Made by a program: the position numbers and the translations under genes. The notes below the pieces were generated by a model that was not told the origin of the DNA, did no database searches, and worked only from the letters and a program-made list of their open reading frames with translations. A stretch of DNA of 64,000 nucleotides from Candidatus Enterousia sp. (GTDB lineage Bacteria > Pseudomonadota > Alphaproteobacteria > Rs-D84), in NCBI GenBank assembly GCA_045657405.1, contig JAZOTB010000025.1, positions 6,943 to 70,942 of the forward strand, written 5' to 3'. Shown piece by piece: positions 28,426-38,798 of this stretch (the first letter of the stretch is position 1; each line of letters opens with the position of its first letter).

Positions 28426-28749
28426 ATGGCTTTAGAACACGCAAACGATACAACAATTAATACATTCATTGGCAACGGTATTACATTGGTTGACTTCTGG
28501 GCATCTTGGTGCGGTCCATGCCGTATGTTTGGTCCAATTTTTGAAGCAACTTCACAGAAAGTACCTGATGTAACATTTATTAAATTTGAAATTGACGAAA
28601 CAAACCGACAAACACCTGTAAAGTATGGTATCCGCAGTATCCCTAGCGTATTAGCATTCAAAAACGGTGAATTAGTAGAAGCACGCACAGGTCTTATGGA
28701 TGAAGACACACTAATAGATTGGATACAAGAATTAAAAGGGGAAAAATAA
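28426..28749 (+). CDS. trxA: Thioredoxin
   Basis: WCGPC active site. Start at MALEHAN (SD AAGGAGA upstream); the ORF-track start at 28354 is upstream of this. Confidence 0.9.
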   Translation: MALEHANDTTINTFIGNGITLVDFWASWCGPCRMFGPIFEATSQKVPDVTFIKFEIDETNRQTPVKYGIRSIPSVLAFKNGELVEARTGLMDEDTLIDWIQELKGEK

Positions 28750-29177
28750 TGGCCAAACAGGATTACAAAACCATTGAACTGCCTGCAAAATATGTACCAA
28801 AAAAATCAGAACCATATATGTGTCCTGAACAATTGGCATACTTTTACAATATATTAAAGACTCAAAAAGACGAACTAGAAAGCGACACCGATTCGGTTTT
28901 GAACGCTGTGCGTATGGCAGAAAAAACAGAAAGTGTTGGCGTTGGTGACGAATCAGATAACGCTTCATACAACCAAGATATCACAATGGATTTACGTATA
29001 TCTGAACGAAATAATAAACTGCTACAAAAAATCAATGCTGCACTGACCAGAATGGAAAATGGCGAATACGGATACAGTGTTATATCAGGGGACGAAATCG
29101 GTCTAAAACGTATGATTGCACGTCCGTTAGCAACCATGACAATAGAAGAACAAGAAGAATACGAAAGTCGCAGATAA
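28749..29177 (+). CDS. dksA: DksA/TraR-family RNA polymerase-binding protein lacking the Cys4 zinc finger
   Basis: Start MAKQDYKTIEL (SD AAGGGGA; TAATG overlap with trxA). Coiled-coil plus C-terminal ...GEYGYSVISGDEIGLKRMIARPLATMTIEE aligns with the DksA zinc-finger region but all four Cys are replaced (S,S,T,E). Confidence 0.7.
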   Translation: MAKQDYKTIELPAKYVPKKSEPYMCPEQLAYFYNILKTQKDELESDTDSVLNAVRMAEKTESVGVGDESDNASYNQDITMDLRISERNNKLLQKINAALTRMENGEYGYSVISGDEIGLKRMIARPLATMTIEEQEEYESRR

Positions 29178-29204
29178 AAAACCGGCAAATGCCGGTTTTT
29201 TTAT
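29178..29204 (+). terminator. Rho-independent terminator after dksA
   Basis: AAAAAACCGGCaaatGCCGGTTTTTTT. Confidence 0.7.
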
Positions 29205-29227
29205 TTATTTTTCCATCTATACACTAC

Positions 29228-29256
29228 TTGACAAACAATATTTTGCGTATTATATT
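29228..29256 (+). promoter_or_regulatory. Sigma-70-like promoter (TTGACA, 17 nt spacer, TATATT)
   Basis: cTTGACAaacaatattttgcgtatTATATTc located 27 nt upstream of the 29283 ORF. Confidence 0.45.
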
Positions 29257-29282
29257 CTTGTGTAATTAAAAAAGTAATTACT

Positions 29283-29531
29283 ATGAATAACGAAAACAAA
29301 AATAACATCTTTAATTTTAGAGAAATTGTGTATCTTATCTACAACGCTATGGCCACAGGTCAAATAATTCACGGTTCAAAAGACCTTATCCAAAATGGAT
29401 ACGACAAAGAAAAACTTATTATTTTATTTATGTGGTTACTATTATTCACCTTTTCTGCAGAACGTTTATATCAAGCATATAAACTACGAAAAGAAAATCA
29501 GGAAAACAACAACAATCAAAAACAACTATAA
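29283..29531 (+). CDS. Small hypothetical membrane protein (82 aa)
   Basis: ORF with own promoter and terminator. One hydrophobic helix. Confidence 0.4.
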   Translation: MNNENKNNIFNFREIVYLIYNAMATGQIIHGSKDLIQNGYDKEKLIILFMWLLLFTFSAERLYQAYKLRKENQENNNNQKQL

Positions 29532-29570
29532 AAATCCCACCATACGGTGGGATTTCTTATTTCTTTTTTA
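29531..29570. terminator. Bidirectional terminator (29283 ORF / tatA)
   Basis: AAAATCCCACCatacGGTGGGATTTcttatttctttttt. The tatA stop lies just inside the 3' arm. Confidence 0.6.
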
Positions 29571-29745
29571 CAGATTTTTTAACAGTCGTTTTCTTAACAG
29601 GTTTCTGACTTTTTACTTCCTTCTTAAAAACCTTTAATCCATCTGCTAAATTTTTCATCATGGCTGGAATTTTGTTTGAACCAAATAAAATAACAACCAA
29701 GATAACAATTATTAATATTTCTGCCCAACCTAAACGTCCAAACAT
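29557..29745 (-). CDS. tatA: Twin-arginine translocase subunit TatA/E
   Basis: 62 aa. MFGRLGWAEILIIVILVVILFGSNKIPAMMKNLADGLKVFKKE. Confidence 0.8.
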   Translation of the reverse strand: MFGRLGWAEILIIVILVVILFGSNKIPAMMKNLADGLKVFKKEVKSQKPVKKTTVKKSVKKK

Positions 29746-29758
29746 ATTCCACCTCTTA

Positions 29759-30514
29759 TTATTTTGTTATATAGCAATCCAAACCATCTGCCTTGGCATT
29801 ACGGCAAAAACCATTAGCATCTGCAGAAGAATTAAATCCAACACGTAATCTATATGTTGTCGCACCATTTTTCAACTGTGCCCCAAGGATAACAAATTGC
29901 TTGCCTGCGAACAAACCAGCATGCGCTTTTTGTAATCTTGCTTGTGCAGCCTCAGCCAAAGCACGTGTACTATATGAGCCAAATTGAACATACCAACTTG
30001 ACACACTTGCAACCTTTTGTGGTTGTGCCGCACGTTGCTGTGTTTTAACTGCAGGCTTTTTTGTTGTTTTTGCAGGTTCAAATTTTACTTCTTTACGATC
30101 TTGCACAACACGAACAGGCGCTGCAACAGGTTGTGGTCTTGCCTGAACTTGTGGTTCTGGTTTATTTTCAACTTTTGGTTCTACAGTAACTGTTTTCGTT
30201 GTATCAACAGGTGCAGTCTGAACTTTTTCTGTTGCAACCTTAACCGGTGGCATAACATTCATTTCTACTGACTTTGGTTCCTCTACAACAGCAACAGGCG
30301 CATCCAAATCAACTTCAATAGAAGAAGAAGAATCACCTCCAATTGAACGAATAATTATATAAGAAGACAAAATAATTATCACTAATCCCAATGACAACAA
30401 CAACCACGGTTTCTTTGGGCGCGGCGCTACAAACGCAGGAACCTCTGGCAAAGTATCCATTGTATCATTATCATCTAAATCCAACAAATCCAAGTTATTA
30501 TCATCGTTATTCAT
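29759..30514 (-). CDS. SPOR-domain cell-division protein (FtsN/DedD-like)
   Basis: 251 aa. Acidic N-terminus, one TM helix, Pro/Val-rich linker, C-terminal SPOR domain (WYVQFGSYSTRALAEAAQARL...YRLRVGFNSSADANGFC). Confidence 0.75.
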   Translation of the reverse strand: MNNDDNNLDLLDLDDNDTMDTLPEVPAFVAPRPKKPWLLLSLGLVIIILSSYIIIRSIGGDSSSSIEVDLDAPVAVVEEPKSVEMNVMPPVKVATEKVQTAPVDTTKTVTVEPKVENKPEPQVQARPQPVAAPVRVVQDRKEVKFEPAKTTKKPAVKTQQRAAQPQKVASVSSWYVQFGSYSTRALAEAAQARLQKAHAGLFAGKQFVILGAQLKNGATTYRLRVGFNSSADANGFCRNAKADGLDCYITK

Positions 30515-30593
30515 ACACCTGTCCCCCTATATCTGATTATATAAACATTATATCATAAAAAAAACGAATAACCAAACAGATATGAACAAAAAA

Positions 30594-30737
30594 TTACTTG
30601 GGCATATTACCGAAATTTGGTGGCACAATCAATTTATGATTTTCTGCAACAATCGGTTCTACTTCACATTTTTTTGCACATCCAGATAAAACCATTGGGG
30701 TTATTACCAGCGCAATTAAAAATAAAACTTTTTTCAT
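30594..30737 (-). CDS. Small lipoprotein (47 aa)
   Basis: ATG 30737 preceded by AAGGAAAG; MKKVLFLIALVITPMVLSGCAKKCEVEP... with lipobox LSGC. Not in the ORF track (<60 aa). Confidence 0.35.
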   Translation of the reverse strand: MKKVLFLIALVITPMVLSGCAKKCEVEPIVAENHKLIVPPNFGNMPK

Positions 30738-30786
30738 ATTCTTTCCTTTCTTTCATTTTATGGGGCAGATACCCTGCCCCATACAT

Positions 30787-32520
30787 TTATACTGGCATTT
30801 TAATTGCATTTTGCATCATCTGAACAAAATCAGACAATGGTATCGTTTCCTGATTTTGTTGTCCCAAACGACGCAATGTAACTGTTTTGTCTGCCATTTC
30901 TTTTTCACCAACAACTGCAACAATTGGTGTTTTCGCCAATGACAATTCGCGGATTTTATAATTTACTTTTTCATCACGCAAATCTGCACGTGTATTTACA
31001 CCAACTGCACGCAAAACAGATACTACTTCATTTGCATAATCTGCATGCTTTTCAGAAATTGGTGTGACAACGACTGGCTCTGGTGACAACCACAATGGCA
31101 AATGCCCACCTGTTGATTCTAGATAAATACCCATAAAGCGTTCAATAGAACCTAATATCGCACGATGCAACATAATTGGGCGATGCTTTTCACCATCTTC
31201 ACCAATATAACTCAGGTCAAAACGTTCTGGCAAATTCATATCCAATTGAACCGTACCACATACCCACACACGACCAATTGCATCACGCATAGAAATACCA
31301 ATCTTTGGTCCATAGAATGCACCTTCACCTTCTGCAACAGTATAATTTGCATTTACGGACTTTAAAGCATTATGCAATGTCGATTCGGCAAAATCCCAAA
31401 TCTCATCTGAACCAATACGAAATTCTGAATCAGGTCTTGTTTCCAAAGTCATATGCAGTTCATTAAAGCCCAGTGCGCTATAAACACTTTTTATCAAATT
31501 TAATGCCTTAGCAACTTCTTCTTCCATTTGTTCTTCGGTACAGAAAATATGAGCATCATCTTGTGTCATTTCACGTACACGCATTAACCCCGCCAAAGAA
31601 CCAGAAGATTCATAACGATGCACTTTACCAAATTCTGCCAAGTACAATGGTAAATCTTTATATGATGTAATACCGTGTCCGAACACCAACATACCACCTG
31701 GACAAGACATTGGTTTAACACAGAAATCCTTACCATCTTGTGTTTTTCCCGCATAGTTATGAGATGCATATTTTGCCCAATGTCCACTGCGTTCCCACAA
31801 AGCACGTTCCATAACAGTTGGAGTTGATATTTCTTGATAACCTTCCCTGTTTTGGCGTTCACGAATAAAATCAATCAACTTACGATAAATTTTATAACCT
31901 TTGTCATGCCAAAAAACGGACCCTGGTGCATAATCTGGTTCAAAGTGGAACAAATCCATATCTTTACCCAATTTACGATTATCACGCGCAGCCGCTTCTT
32001 CTTGCATTTTCAAAAATGCTTCCAATTCTTCTTTACTTGCAAACGCATCAACATAAATACGTTGCAACATTTTATTCTTTGCATTTCCTTTCCAGTATGC
32101 ACCTGCAACATTGCGGATTTTAAATGAATCCCTTGGCAAATCTTTGGAAGATTCAACGTGTGGTCCACGACACAAATCTACAAAATCACGGAAAGTATAA
32201 ATTGACAACGCTTCGCCAGCGGCATCATATTCATTTAACCATTCCATTTTGTATGGTTGGTTTGCAAAGATTTCTTTGGCTTCATCCAAACTAACATTTC
32301 TTTGTTCAAAGCGACCATTAGATTTAATCAAATCACGCATTTCCTTTTCAATTTTTGCAAAATCTTCTTCGGAAAAACGGTATTCTGTATCAAAGTCATA
32401 ATAGAACCCATTTTCAATTGCTGGCCCCCCTGCGAATTTAACATCAGGGTGCAATTTTTTAACCGCTGCCGCCATAACGTGTGCCAACGAATGACGAATT
32501 ATTTCAATATCATAAGACAT
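30787..32520 (-). CDS. thrS: Threonine--tRNA ligase (form lacking the N-terminal TGS extension)
   Basis: 577 aa. MSYDIEIIRHSLAHVMAAAV...; class II aaRS core; C-terminal anticodon-binding domain. Confidence 0.9.
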   Translation of the reverse strand: MSYDIEIIRHSLAHVMAAAVKKLHPDVKFAGGPAIENGFYYDFDTEYRFSEEDFAKIEKEMRDLIKSNGRFEQRNVSLDEAKEIFANQPYKMEWLNEYDAAGEALSIYTFRDFVDLCRGPHVESSKDLPRDSFKIRNVAGAYWKGNAKNKMLQRIYVDAFASKEELEAFLKMQEEAAARDNRKLGKDMDLFHFEPDYAPGSVFWHDKGYKIYRKLIDFIRERQNREGYQEISTPTVMERALWERSGHWAKYASHNYAGKTQDGKDFCVKPMSCPGGMLVFGHGITSYKDLPLYLAEFGKVHRYESSGSLAGLMRVREMTQDDAHIFCTEEQMEEEVAKALNLIKSVYSALGFNELHMTLETRPDSEFRIGSDEIWDFAESTLHNALKSVNANYTVAEGEGAFYGPKIGISMRDAIGRVWVCGTVQLDMNLPERFDLSYIGEDGEKHRPIMLHRAILGSIERFMGIYLESTGGHLPLWLSPEPVVVTPISEKHADYANEVVSVLRAVGVNTRADLRDEKVNYKIRELSLAKTPIVAVVGEKEMADKTVTLRRLGQQNQETIPLSDFVQMMQNAIKMPV

Positions 32521-32689
32521 AATAAAATACCTTTACTTTTATTTATTTTTTCAAACTGATTTATTATAGAAATTTGTGCGAATTATCGCAAATAGAAATT
32601 ACACCCCCAACGGGGTTGTAGTAGTTGTTGTAAAGAACAAATTAAATAATCTCATGTTCGCTATTTTATTCTTATATATATTAAAAGTC

Positions 32690-32722
32690 AATAAAAACCC
32701 GCCATACGGCGGATTTATTATT
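32690..32722 (-). terminator. Rho-independent terminator after hemolysin-III gene
   Basis: Minus-strand reading: AATCCGCCgtatGGCGGGTTTTTATT. Starts 8 nt after the stop. Confidence 0.55.
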
Positions 32723-33458
32723 ACCTACCCAATATACAACCAAACAAAACCGCAAAGAAGAAACAAACACTGCCACCAATTACAAACAAGTGCCATACAG
32801 CATGCGAAAACTTCATACGGCGCCACAAATAAAATATCACACCAATTGTATAAGACAGACCGCCTGCCAAAATAAACCATAACCCGCGTACTGGGATATT
32901 AGCAATCATCGCAGGCAATATAAACAACAGAGTCCACCCCATCGCAACATATAGCGCAACCATCCAACGAGGTTGTTGCTTTGGGTTACGAATTTTCATA
33001 AAAGAACCAAAGATAACAATCGCCCATAAAATTCCAAACACAGTCCAACCCAACGGACCACGCAAATTTACCAACAAAAATGGTGTATAAGTCCCTGCAA
33101 TCAACGCATAAATTGCAACGCTGTCCCAAACCTCAAAAAAGCATTCGCTTTTTTGCCCAATCATCGCATGACACATCGTAGAACCAAAATACAACGTAAT
33201 CATTGTGGCACCAAAGATTGCACAAGAAACAATCGCCCAAACATTACCAGCCAATACAGCAAACACAACCAATAATGTTAATGCAGCGATTGCCAAACCA
33301 ATACCGATACCATGTGTTAATATATTAACTATTTCTTCTGATTTTGTACTCGGCTTTTCCCAACGGAACAACCCAGTCGCACGCAAGACCTTTAATAATT
33401 GTGATGCATGACCATCTTTTTTTACCGCTTTGATTCTTGCTTTTTTTGTCTGCGTCAT
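32721..33458 (-). CDS. Hemolysin III / PAQR family channel protein (YqfA-like)
   Basis: 245 aa, 7 TM. ...EIVNILTHGIGIGLAIAAL... and further conserved His residues typical of HlyIII. Confidence 0.75.
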   Translation of the reverse strand: MTQTKKARIKAVKKDGHASQLLKVLRATGLFRWEKPSTKSEEIVNILTHGIGIGLAIAALTLLVVFAVLAGNVWAIVSCAIFGATMITLYFGSTMCHAMIGQKSECFFEVWDSVAIYALIAGTYTPFLLVNLRGPLGWTVFGILWAIVIFGSFMKIRNPKQQPRWMVALYVAMGWTLLFILPAMIANIPVRGLWFILAGGLSYTIGVIFYLWRRMKFSHAVWHLFVIGGSVCFFFAVLFGCILGR

Positions 33459-35053
33459 TTAATCGCCTCCTTGATACGATTAATTACACGTTCGCCACCC
33501 ATAACTGTCATTATTGAATACAGATCTGGGGTGTTTGTACGACCAGATAACGCCACACGCAGATTCATTGCCACATCACCATTTTTTATGCCGCATTTTT
33601 CTGCAACAGCAACGATTTTTGCCCACCAAGTGTCTTTATCATCCGATTCGTTATACGTCTCCAAGAAAGCACCCATCGCATCATTATTAAATTCATATTC
33701 TGTACTTGGAACAAACAATTCATCCCAAAAGAACGCAACATTTTCCAACGTCTGCGACCAAGTGATAAAGTCTTTACGTACACGCTTTGGATTATCGCGT
33801 TCAATCCCCAGCACACCTGTCAGATATTGAACATCTGCGACCTGCATTTTGTTAATATCTGTTCCATATTCATTTGCCCAAGTTACAACACGATTAACCA
33901 ATTCTGGCACAGGCAAAGAGCCAATAAATTCCTTGGCCCACCATTCAAGTTTTTTCATATCAAACAACGACCCAGATACCGGCATTTTCTTTGGACGCAT
34001 TTCGTAATCCCAGAACGATTTAACCTGGCCCTTTACTTTTGCTTCTTCATATCCCGGCGCCAAAATATTTCCCAGATATTCAATCACAGATTCAACTGGC
34101 CAACCCGCTTCCAAGAAAAATGCAACATTTGCCTCTGGGTCTTTACGCTTTGACAATTTTCTTTGCTTGCCTGTTTCTTCATCAATCTTATCCAATGTCG
34201 CAATATGAACATATGCTGGCAATTCCCAGCCCATCATACGAAACATCTGAACATGCATTGCAAACGTTCCAAAATAAGACTCATCACGAACAACATGTGT
34301 TGTGTGCATAAAGTGATCATCACACAAGTGTGCAAAATGATACGTTGGCAACCCATCCGTAGATTTAATTAAAACAGTATCTTCATTATGTTCTGGCACA
34401 GACAGCGACCCACGCACTGCATCTTTACAGAAAATTCTTTGTTCTGGATTACCCATTGAATACAATCGAATTGATGGCACCAACCCCTTATCCAGATATG
34501 CAATAATTTCTTCTTCGGTTAAATCCCTATCACGTGCAAATTCACCATAAATCCCCGTTGCAAAACCTGCCGCTTTTTGATTTTCACGAATTTCGTCCAT
34601 TTCTTCCTGGGTTAAAAAGCACGGATATGCCAACCCACGTGCCAATAAATCTGCCACCACAGAATGATAAATATCTTTACGTTCTGATTGATAATATGGT
34701 CCATACACCGGATCGTTTTCATACGTAATTCCAAATTCAGCCAACGAATTTATGATAATATCAACTGCATCTTTATTTTCACGCTTTGTATCTGTATTTT
34801 CAATACGTAACAAGAACACACCACCTGACTGTTGTGCCAACTTATAACTAATCAGTGCACTATACAAATTACCCAAATGCATATAACCTGTTGGACTTGG
34901 CGCAAATCTTGTCACCTTTGCCCCATCGGCCAAGTTACGTGCTGGGAATTTTGCTTCTAATTCATCCAATGTATATTTTGGTGCACCGCCCAACACACGT
35001 GCGATTAAATCTTTTGATAAACCATTTCTCATTTTACTTTTCCTTTTTCCCAT
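33455..35053 (-). CDS. gltX: Glutamate--tRNA ligase
   Basis: 532 aa. RFAPSPTGYMHLGNLYSALISY (HIGH-type motif), KLSKRK (KMSKS), RIENTDTKRE. Confidence 0.8.
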   Translation of the reverse strand: MGKRKSKMRNGLSKDLIARVLGGAPKYTLDELEAKFPARNLADGAKVTRFAPSPTGYMHLGNLYSALISYKLAQQSGGVFLLRIENTDTKRENKDAVDIIINSLAEFGITYENDPVYGPYYQSERKDIYHSVVADLLARGLAYPCFLTQEEMDEIRENQKAAGFATGIYGEFARDRDLTEEEIIAYLDKGLVPSIRLYSMGNPEQRIFCKDAVRGSLSVPEHNEDTVLIKSTDGLPTYHFAHLCDDHFMHTTHVVRDESYFGTFAMHVQMFRMMGWELPAYVHIATLDKIDEETGKQRKLSKRKDPEANVAFFLEAGWPVESVIEYLGNILAPGYEEAKVKGQVKSFWDYEMRPKKMPVSGSLFDMKKLEWWAKEFIGSLPVPELVNRVVTWANEYGTDINKMQVADVQYLTGVLGIERDNPKRVRKDFITWSQTLENVAFFWDELFVPSTEYEFNNDAMGAFLETYNESDDKDTWWAKIVAVAEKCGIKNGDVAMNLRVALSGRTNTPDLYSIMTVMGGERVINRIKEAIK

Positions 35054-35586
35054 TCTGATTTTAATTTAGAATATAAAATAGTATCACATGGCACACCACG
35101 CAGAACATATGCCTGACGTCTTATACCTTCTTTGATATAACCTGCCCTGACAGCGACCGCCTGCGATTTCAAATTTCTTACATCAACCCCTATTTGCAAT
35201 CTATTCATACCCGCCTGTTCAAATGCAAAATCTTCCAAAAATTTAATCGCGCGCGCTACAAAACCACGACCATTAAAATCAGGCGCCAACCAATATCCTA
35301 ATTCTGCTGTCTTTTGTCTTTCGCTAAACAGCACAAAACCAGTACCCCCGACAATAACATTATTAACCTGAATCAAATAAGATGTATTATTAGGTTTATT
35401 CAAGCTAGTCAAATAAGCAAAAGCATCCTCTGGCTTTGAATAATAATCTGTCCATTCCAACCACTCTGATAAAAAATCCTTATTTTTCATCACAACATCA
35501 AAGAACTCTTTGGATTTATCAAACGTAGCCTCTGGCTTTATCAGTTCAAAATCTCCACAGTCAATTTTTCTTGGAAATTCTATCAT
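35029..35586 (-). CDS. GNAT family N-acetyltransferase (RimJ/RimL-like)
   Basis: 185 aa. Acetyl-CoA binding region ...RNLKSQAVAVRAGYIKEG. Confidence 0.6.
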   Translation of the reverse strand: MIEFPRKIDCGDFELIKPEATFDKSKEFFDVVMKNKDFLSEWLEWTDYYSKPEDAFAYLTSLNKPNNTSYLIQVNNVIVGGTGFVLFSERQKTAELGYWLAPDFNGRGFVARAIKFLEDFAFEQAGMNRLQIGVDVRNLKSQAVAVRAGYIKEGIRRQAYVLRGVPCDTILYSKLKSEWEKGKVK

Positions 35587-35634
35587 ATCTATATATTCCT
35601 TGTGTTTTTAACAATGCAATTCTATACTAAATAT

Positions 35635-36255
35635 ATGGAAAAACAAGAAATAAGAACATTTGGTCGCCGTCATGGCAAAAAATTATCCACCCGTCAACAA
35701 ACATTGATTGACGAAGTACTACCAACGCTAGCACCAAAAAATGGCGAAATACTGGAAATTGGGTTTGGCGCTGGCGAACATGTACGTGAATTGGCGTTGA
35801 CACACCCCGAAAAAACAATCATTGGCGCAGAACCCTTTATGAACGGCGTGGCAAGTCTGTTATCTGCAATTACCGACTCTAAAACGAATCGGGTTTTAGA
35901 TACATATAAAAACATCCGCATATGGGCAGATGATGTTCGCGATTTCTTGCGCAGTACAAATTCAAAATTTCAACAAATTTGGATTCTGCACCCTGACCCA
36001 TGGCCAAAAGCCCGACATGAAAAACGTCGTCTATTATCTGCTGATTTTCTGAACACATTATCAAAATACCTATCTGAAACTGGCGAAATTATCATTGGCA
36101 CAGACCATTGGGAATATTTTGATTGGATTTTAGAACAATTAAAAGAAACAAATTTATCTGCAACAATTCCTGATATGGATATTATACAAACACGATATCA
36201 AAACAAAAACAAGGCAGGAACAATTTCACCAAAATATTTAATATTACATAACTAG
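35635..36255 (+). CDS. trmB: tRNA (guanine46-N7)-methyltransferase TrmB
   Basis: ...IRTFGRRHGKKLS...ILEIGFGAGEHVRELA... (SAM motif). Start placed at MEKQEIR. Confidence 0.8.
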   Translation: MEKQEIRTFGRRHGKKLSTRQQTLIDEVLPTLAPKNGEILEIGFGAGEHVRELALTHPEKTIIGAEPFMNGVASLLSAITDSKTNRVLDTYKNIRIWADDVRDFLRSTNSKFQQIWILHPDPWPKARHEKRRLLSADFLNTLSKYLSETGEIIIGTDHWEYFDWILEQLKETNLSATIPDMDIIQTRYQNKNKAGTISPKYLILHN

Positions 36256-36926
36256 TAATTTACAAAACATTTAACATTGTTTATCAGTTCTGGTTTTACA
36301 GATTTAATCAAACGCAAAACCTGCTCTATACGGTAGAAATCCTGTCCCAGAACAAAATGCAAATCAAAATTATTTTCTGCGTTCCACGATTCCAACATAC
36401 CATATATTCTTCCAACAAAATCAGATTTATCACCTGTATCTTTGTTCAAAGTCAACGTTAACGCAGATGCATTAATTTTTTGTAAATTTTGAAACAAGCC
36501 TTCCCAATCACAAGAATCTATTTCTGCAACATCTACACATACAGACAAATATTTATTAAAAAACAAATCCCCTCTAACAACATGTGTTTGTTCAACCAAA
36601 GATGTCAACGCTGCACAAGGCAAAAACACCATCGCACCATCAGCACCATTTTTGAACACATTATTAATATTTACTGTTAATTCAGATATTTGTTCTTCTG
36701 TTATTTTTTTGTCCTTCAAATAAAACCTAGATAAAATACGTGTATTTGTATTTTCAATCCAAGGCCATAATATTGCCACCATATCCGGCATAACAGAAAC
36801 AAACGAAATCCGCTGTTTTATCAACACATCTGCAACACGTGCCAATTCCCCAGAATCAACGTTTTCATTACACCACAAAGCGGTATTTTGTTGAAAATCA
36901 TCAAAAATAATATTTTTACTTATCAT
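36252..36926 (-). CDS. Hypothetical protein (about 225 aa); weak TIM-barrel/DeoC-like impression only
   Basis: ORF 36252-37025, probably starting at MISKNIIFDDF. Divergent from the 36971 operon. No confident domain. Confidence 0.4.
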   Translation of the reverse strand: MISKNIIFDDFQQNTALWCNENVDSGELARVADVLIKQRISFVSVMPDMVAILWPWIENTNTRILSRFYLKDKKITEEQISELTVNINNVFKNGADGAMVFLPCAALTSLVEQTHVVRGDLFFNKYLSVCVDVAEIDSCDWEGLFQNLQKINASALTLTLNKDTGDKSDFVGRIYGMLESWNAENNFDLHFVLGQDFYRIEQVLRLIKSVKPELINNVKCFVNY

Positions 36927-36970
36927 AATACTTTCTACTTTATCATAAATATGATACAATAAAAACCGTA

Positions 36971-37840
36971 ATGAGAAATAAATTTGATAATTTTTTACTT
37001 GGCACTTTATGGTTGTTAATATCAACGCTGGGATTATGCTTTTGGTTTAATATTAGTTTTGGCTTTAATTTGTTTTCGTCCGCCCATTGGCAACATCTAT
37101 CATATATGCAAGCAACACGCGCACAAATAACACCTGCGTTTTATACATCATTAATTATCGGGGTATTTTGTATAATATTCGGATTGTACATCATTATACG
37201 TCCGCGTTTTAGAAAAATTGATTTTACATCTGCAAAGAAACAAACAACCCCAAATCCAACACAAACTCAAACACAACCCCAGTTATATGACACATATCCG
37301 GAACGGCCAAAACGACTAACAAATATTATTCAACCCGCCCCTGTAGCAACAAACAACATTCCATTTACCGCCCCCATAGCAGCAAGCAATCCTGTCACAA
37401 CAAATACACATGCAAATCTTCACGAAGAAGATACTATTGAACTGCATAAAATCTTTGAATCCACTGGATACAACGTAAAAAAATCGCCTAAAATTCATGG
37501 CGTACAAATTCCATTGGTTGCAATTGGTCAAAGTGAAACTGTTTGGATTGGTGCATTTGATATGGAAACATCATCATTAAAAAGCATTATTGACACAATA
37601 CAACAAATCTTTGCGGACACCCTTGATGATGTTGTAATCACAACAAAAGGTTTTGTTATTAACGCATCAGATGCAGCATCACCAACTGCGCCTGACATAT
37701 TAAATTTTGCAAATTTATCTGAATTAAACAGATATATGCAACAACACCCGAATCCACAATCTGATCCAGATTCTGCGGAAAATTTTGCTGCATTTTCTGA
37801 ATATATATCTACAGTACTTGATTACATAGGAAGACTATAA
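36971..37840 (+). CDS. Hypothetical membrane protein (2 N-terminal TM helices, Thr/Pro/Gln-rich linker, C-terminal alpha/beta domain)
   Basis: 289 aa. First gene of a four-gene coupled operon (TAATG overlap with next gene). Confidence 0.5.
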   Translation: MRNKFDNFLLGTLWLLISTLGLCFWFNISFGFNLFSSAHWQHLSYMQATRAQITPAFYTSLIIGVFCIIFGLYIIIRPRFRKIDFTSAKKQTTPNPTQTQTQPQLYDTYPERPKRLTNIIQPAPVATNNIPFTAPIAASNPVTTNTHANLHEEDTIELHKIFESTGYNVKKSPKIHGVQIPLVAIGQSETVWIGAFDMETSSLKSIIDTIQQIFADTLDDVVITTKGFVINASDAASPTAPDILNFANLSELNRYMQQHPNPQSDPDSAENFAAFSEYISTVLDYIGRL

Positions 37841-38346
37841 TGCAAATAAACGCAAATACAGCAGAAAAAAAGATATCAGAACTTGGCATGAAAGATATGC
37901 CATTAATTGAACACATACCCAAACGCACAAACGTATGCGCAGATTGGTTTACAAAATACAAGCAATTGTGTCACGAATTTATGTCTAGTTTATCTGACTG
38001 CATAGAAGAATTGGCATTAATGAACCTGGACCAAGATGACTTTATGGAATTAATTATGGGGAACAAAATCCCAGAAAATCTATCTATACGATTTCGCATA
38101 CCATTGGTTTTAGGCGGCGATTTAAGCACAGAAAATATGTTCATGTGCAAAACATTTCCACACTCTTATAACATGGACAGATTTATTATTTCACAAAGTG
38201 GCAACGATACAATATGGTTACCAGACCCACCAAAAAAAATCTATCTTCCGGTCAGCACACTTGGTGGTGGCGATGGTGGTAACGCAACCGAAGACAGAAT
38301 CACAGAAACAATTGCATCACAGTTGGCATCAGACCGCGATATGTAA
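37840..38346 (+). CDS. Hypothetical protein (168 aa)
   Basis: Second operon gene. No recognisable domain. Confidence 0.45.
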   Translation: MQINANTAEKKISELGMKDMPLIEHIPKRTNVCADWFTKYKQLCHEFMSSLSDCIEELALMNLDQDDFMELIMGNKIPENLSIRFRIPLVLGGDLSTENMFMCKTFPHSYNMDRFIISQSGNDTIWLPDPPKKIYLPVSTLGGGDGGNATEDRITETIASQLASDRDM

Positions 38347-38363
38347 CCAAAGGCAAAAGAATA

Positions 38364-38797
38364 TGACATGTTCTGAATTTTTATCAACAATGCAATCACG
38401 TGGCGCAAAAATTTATGCCCCTGCACATCAAAATCAGATTTTATTATTAAATGGTGCCCTGCAACAGCGCAGATATGCAATGTTGCCCCAATCAATAAAT
38501 GAACTGTACACAATGGTTGGCGCAATCAATCTAGATACAGGATACATATTTGGCCCCGATGAAATTATGCGCGACACAACATATCCGATACCAAGCATAT
38601 TAAAAGTTAATGATGATATTGCACCTTTGGGCAAAACAGTTGGCAAAACTATATTTGGACGCAATGATTTATTCTGGTTTGCATTTGATGCATTTGGAAC
38701 ATTTTATATGCTTGATAATTTAACACTAACGCCCCTGCGCCGTTATGATGATGCGTACCGCGCAATAACAGACTGTTTAATATCTGGGAAAATCTAG
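38364..38797 (+). CDS. Hypothetical protein (144 aa)
   Basis: Third operon gene, start ATG 38364 (MTCSEFLSTMQ...). The ORF-track start at 38198 would overlap the previous gene. Confidence 0.45.
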
Positions 38798-38798
38798 G

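Noticed and set aside
30755-30786. Hairpin GGGGCAGataCCCTGCCCC just downstream of thrS
   Set aside because: It is a good stem, but on the thrS (minus) strand it is followed by ATAAAATG rather than a T-run. It could be an attenuator or processing site but is not a confident intrinsic terminator.
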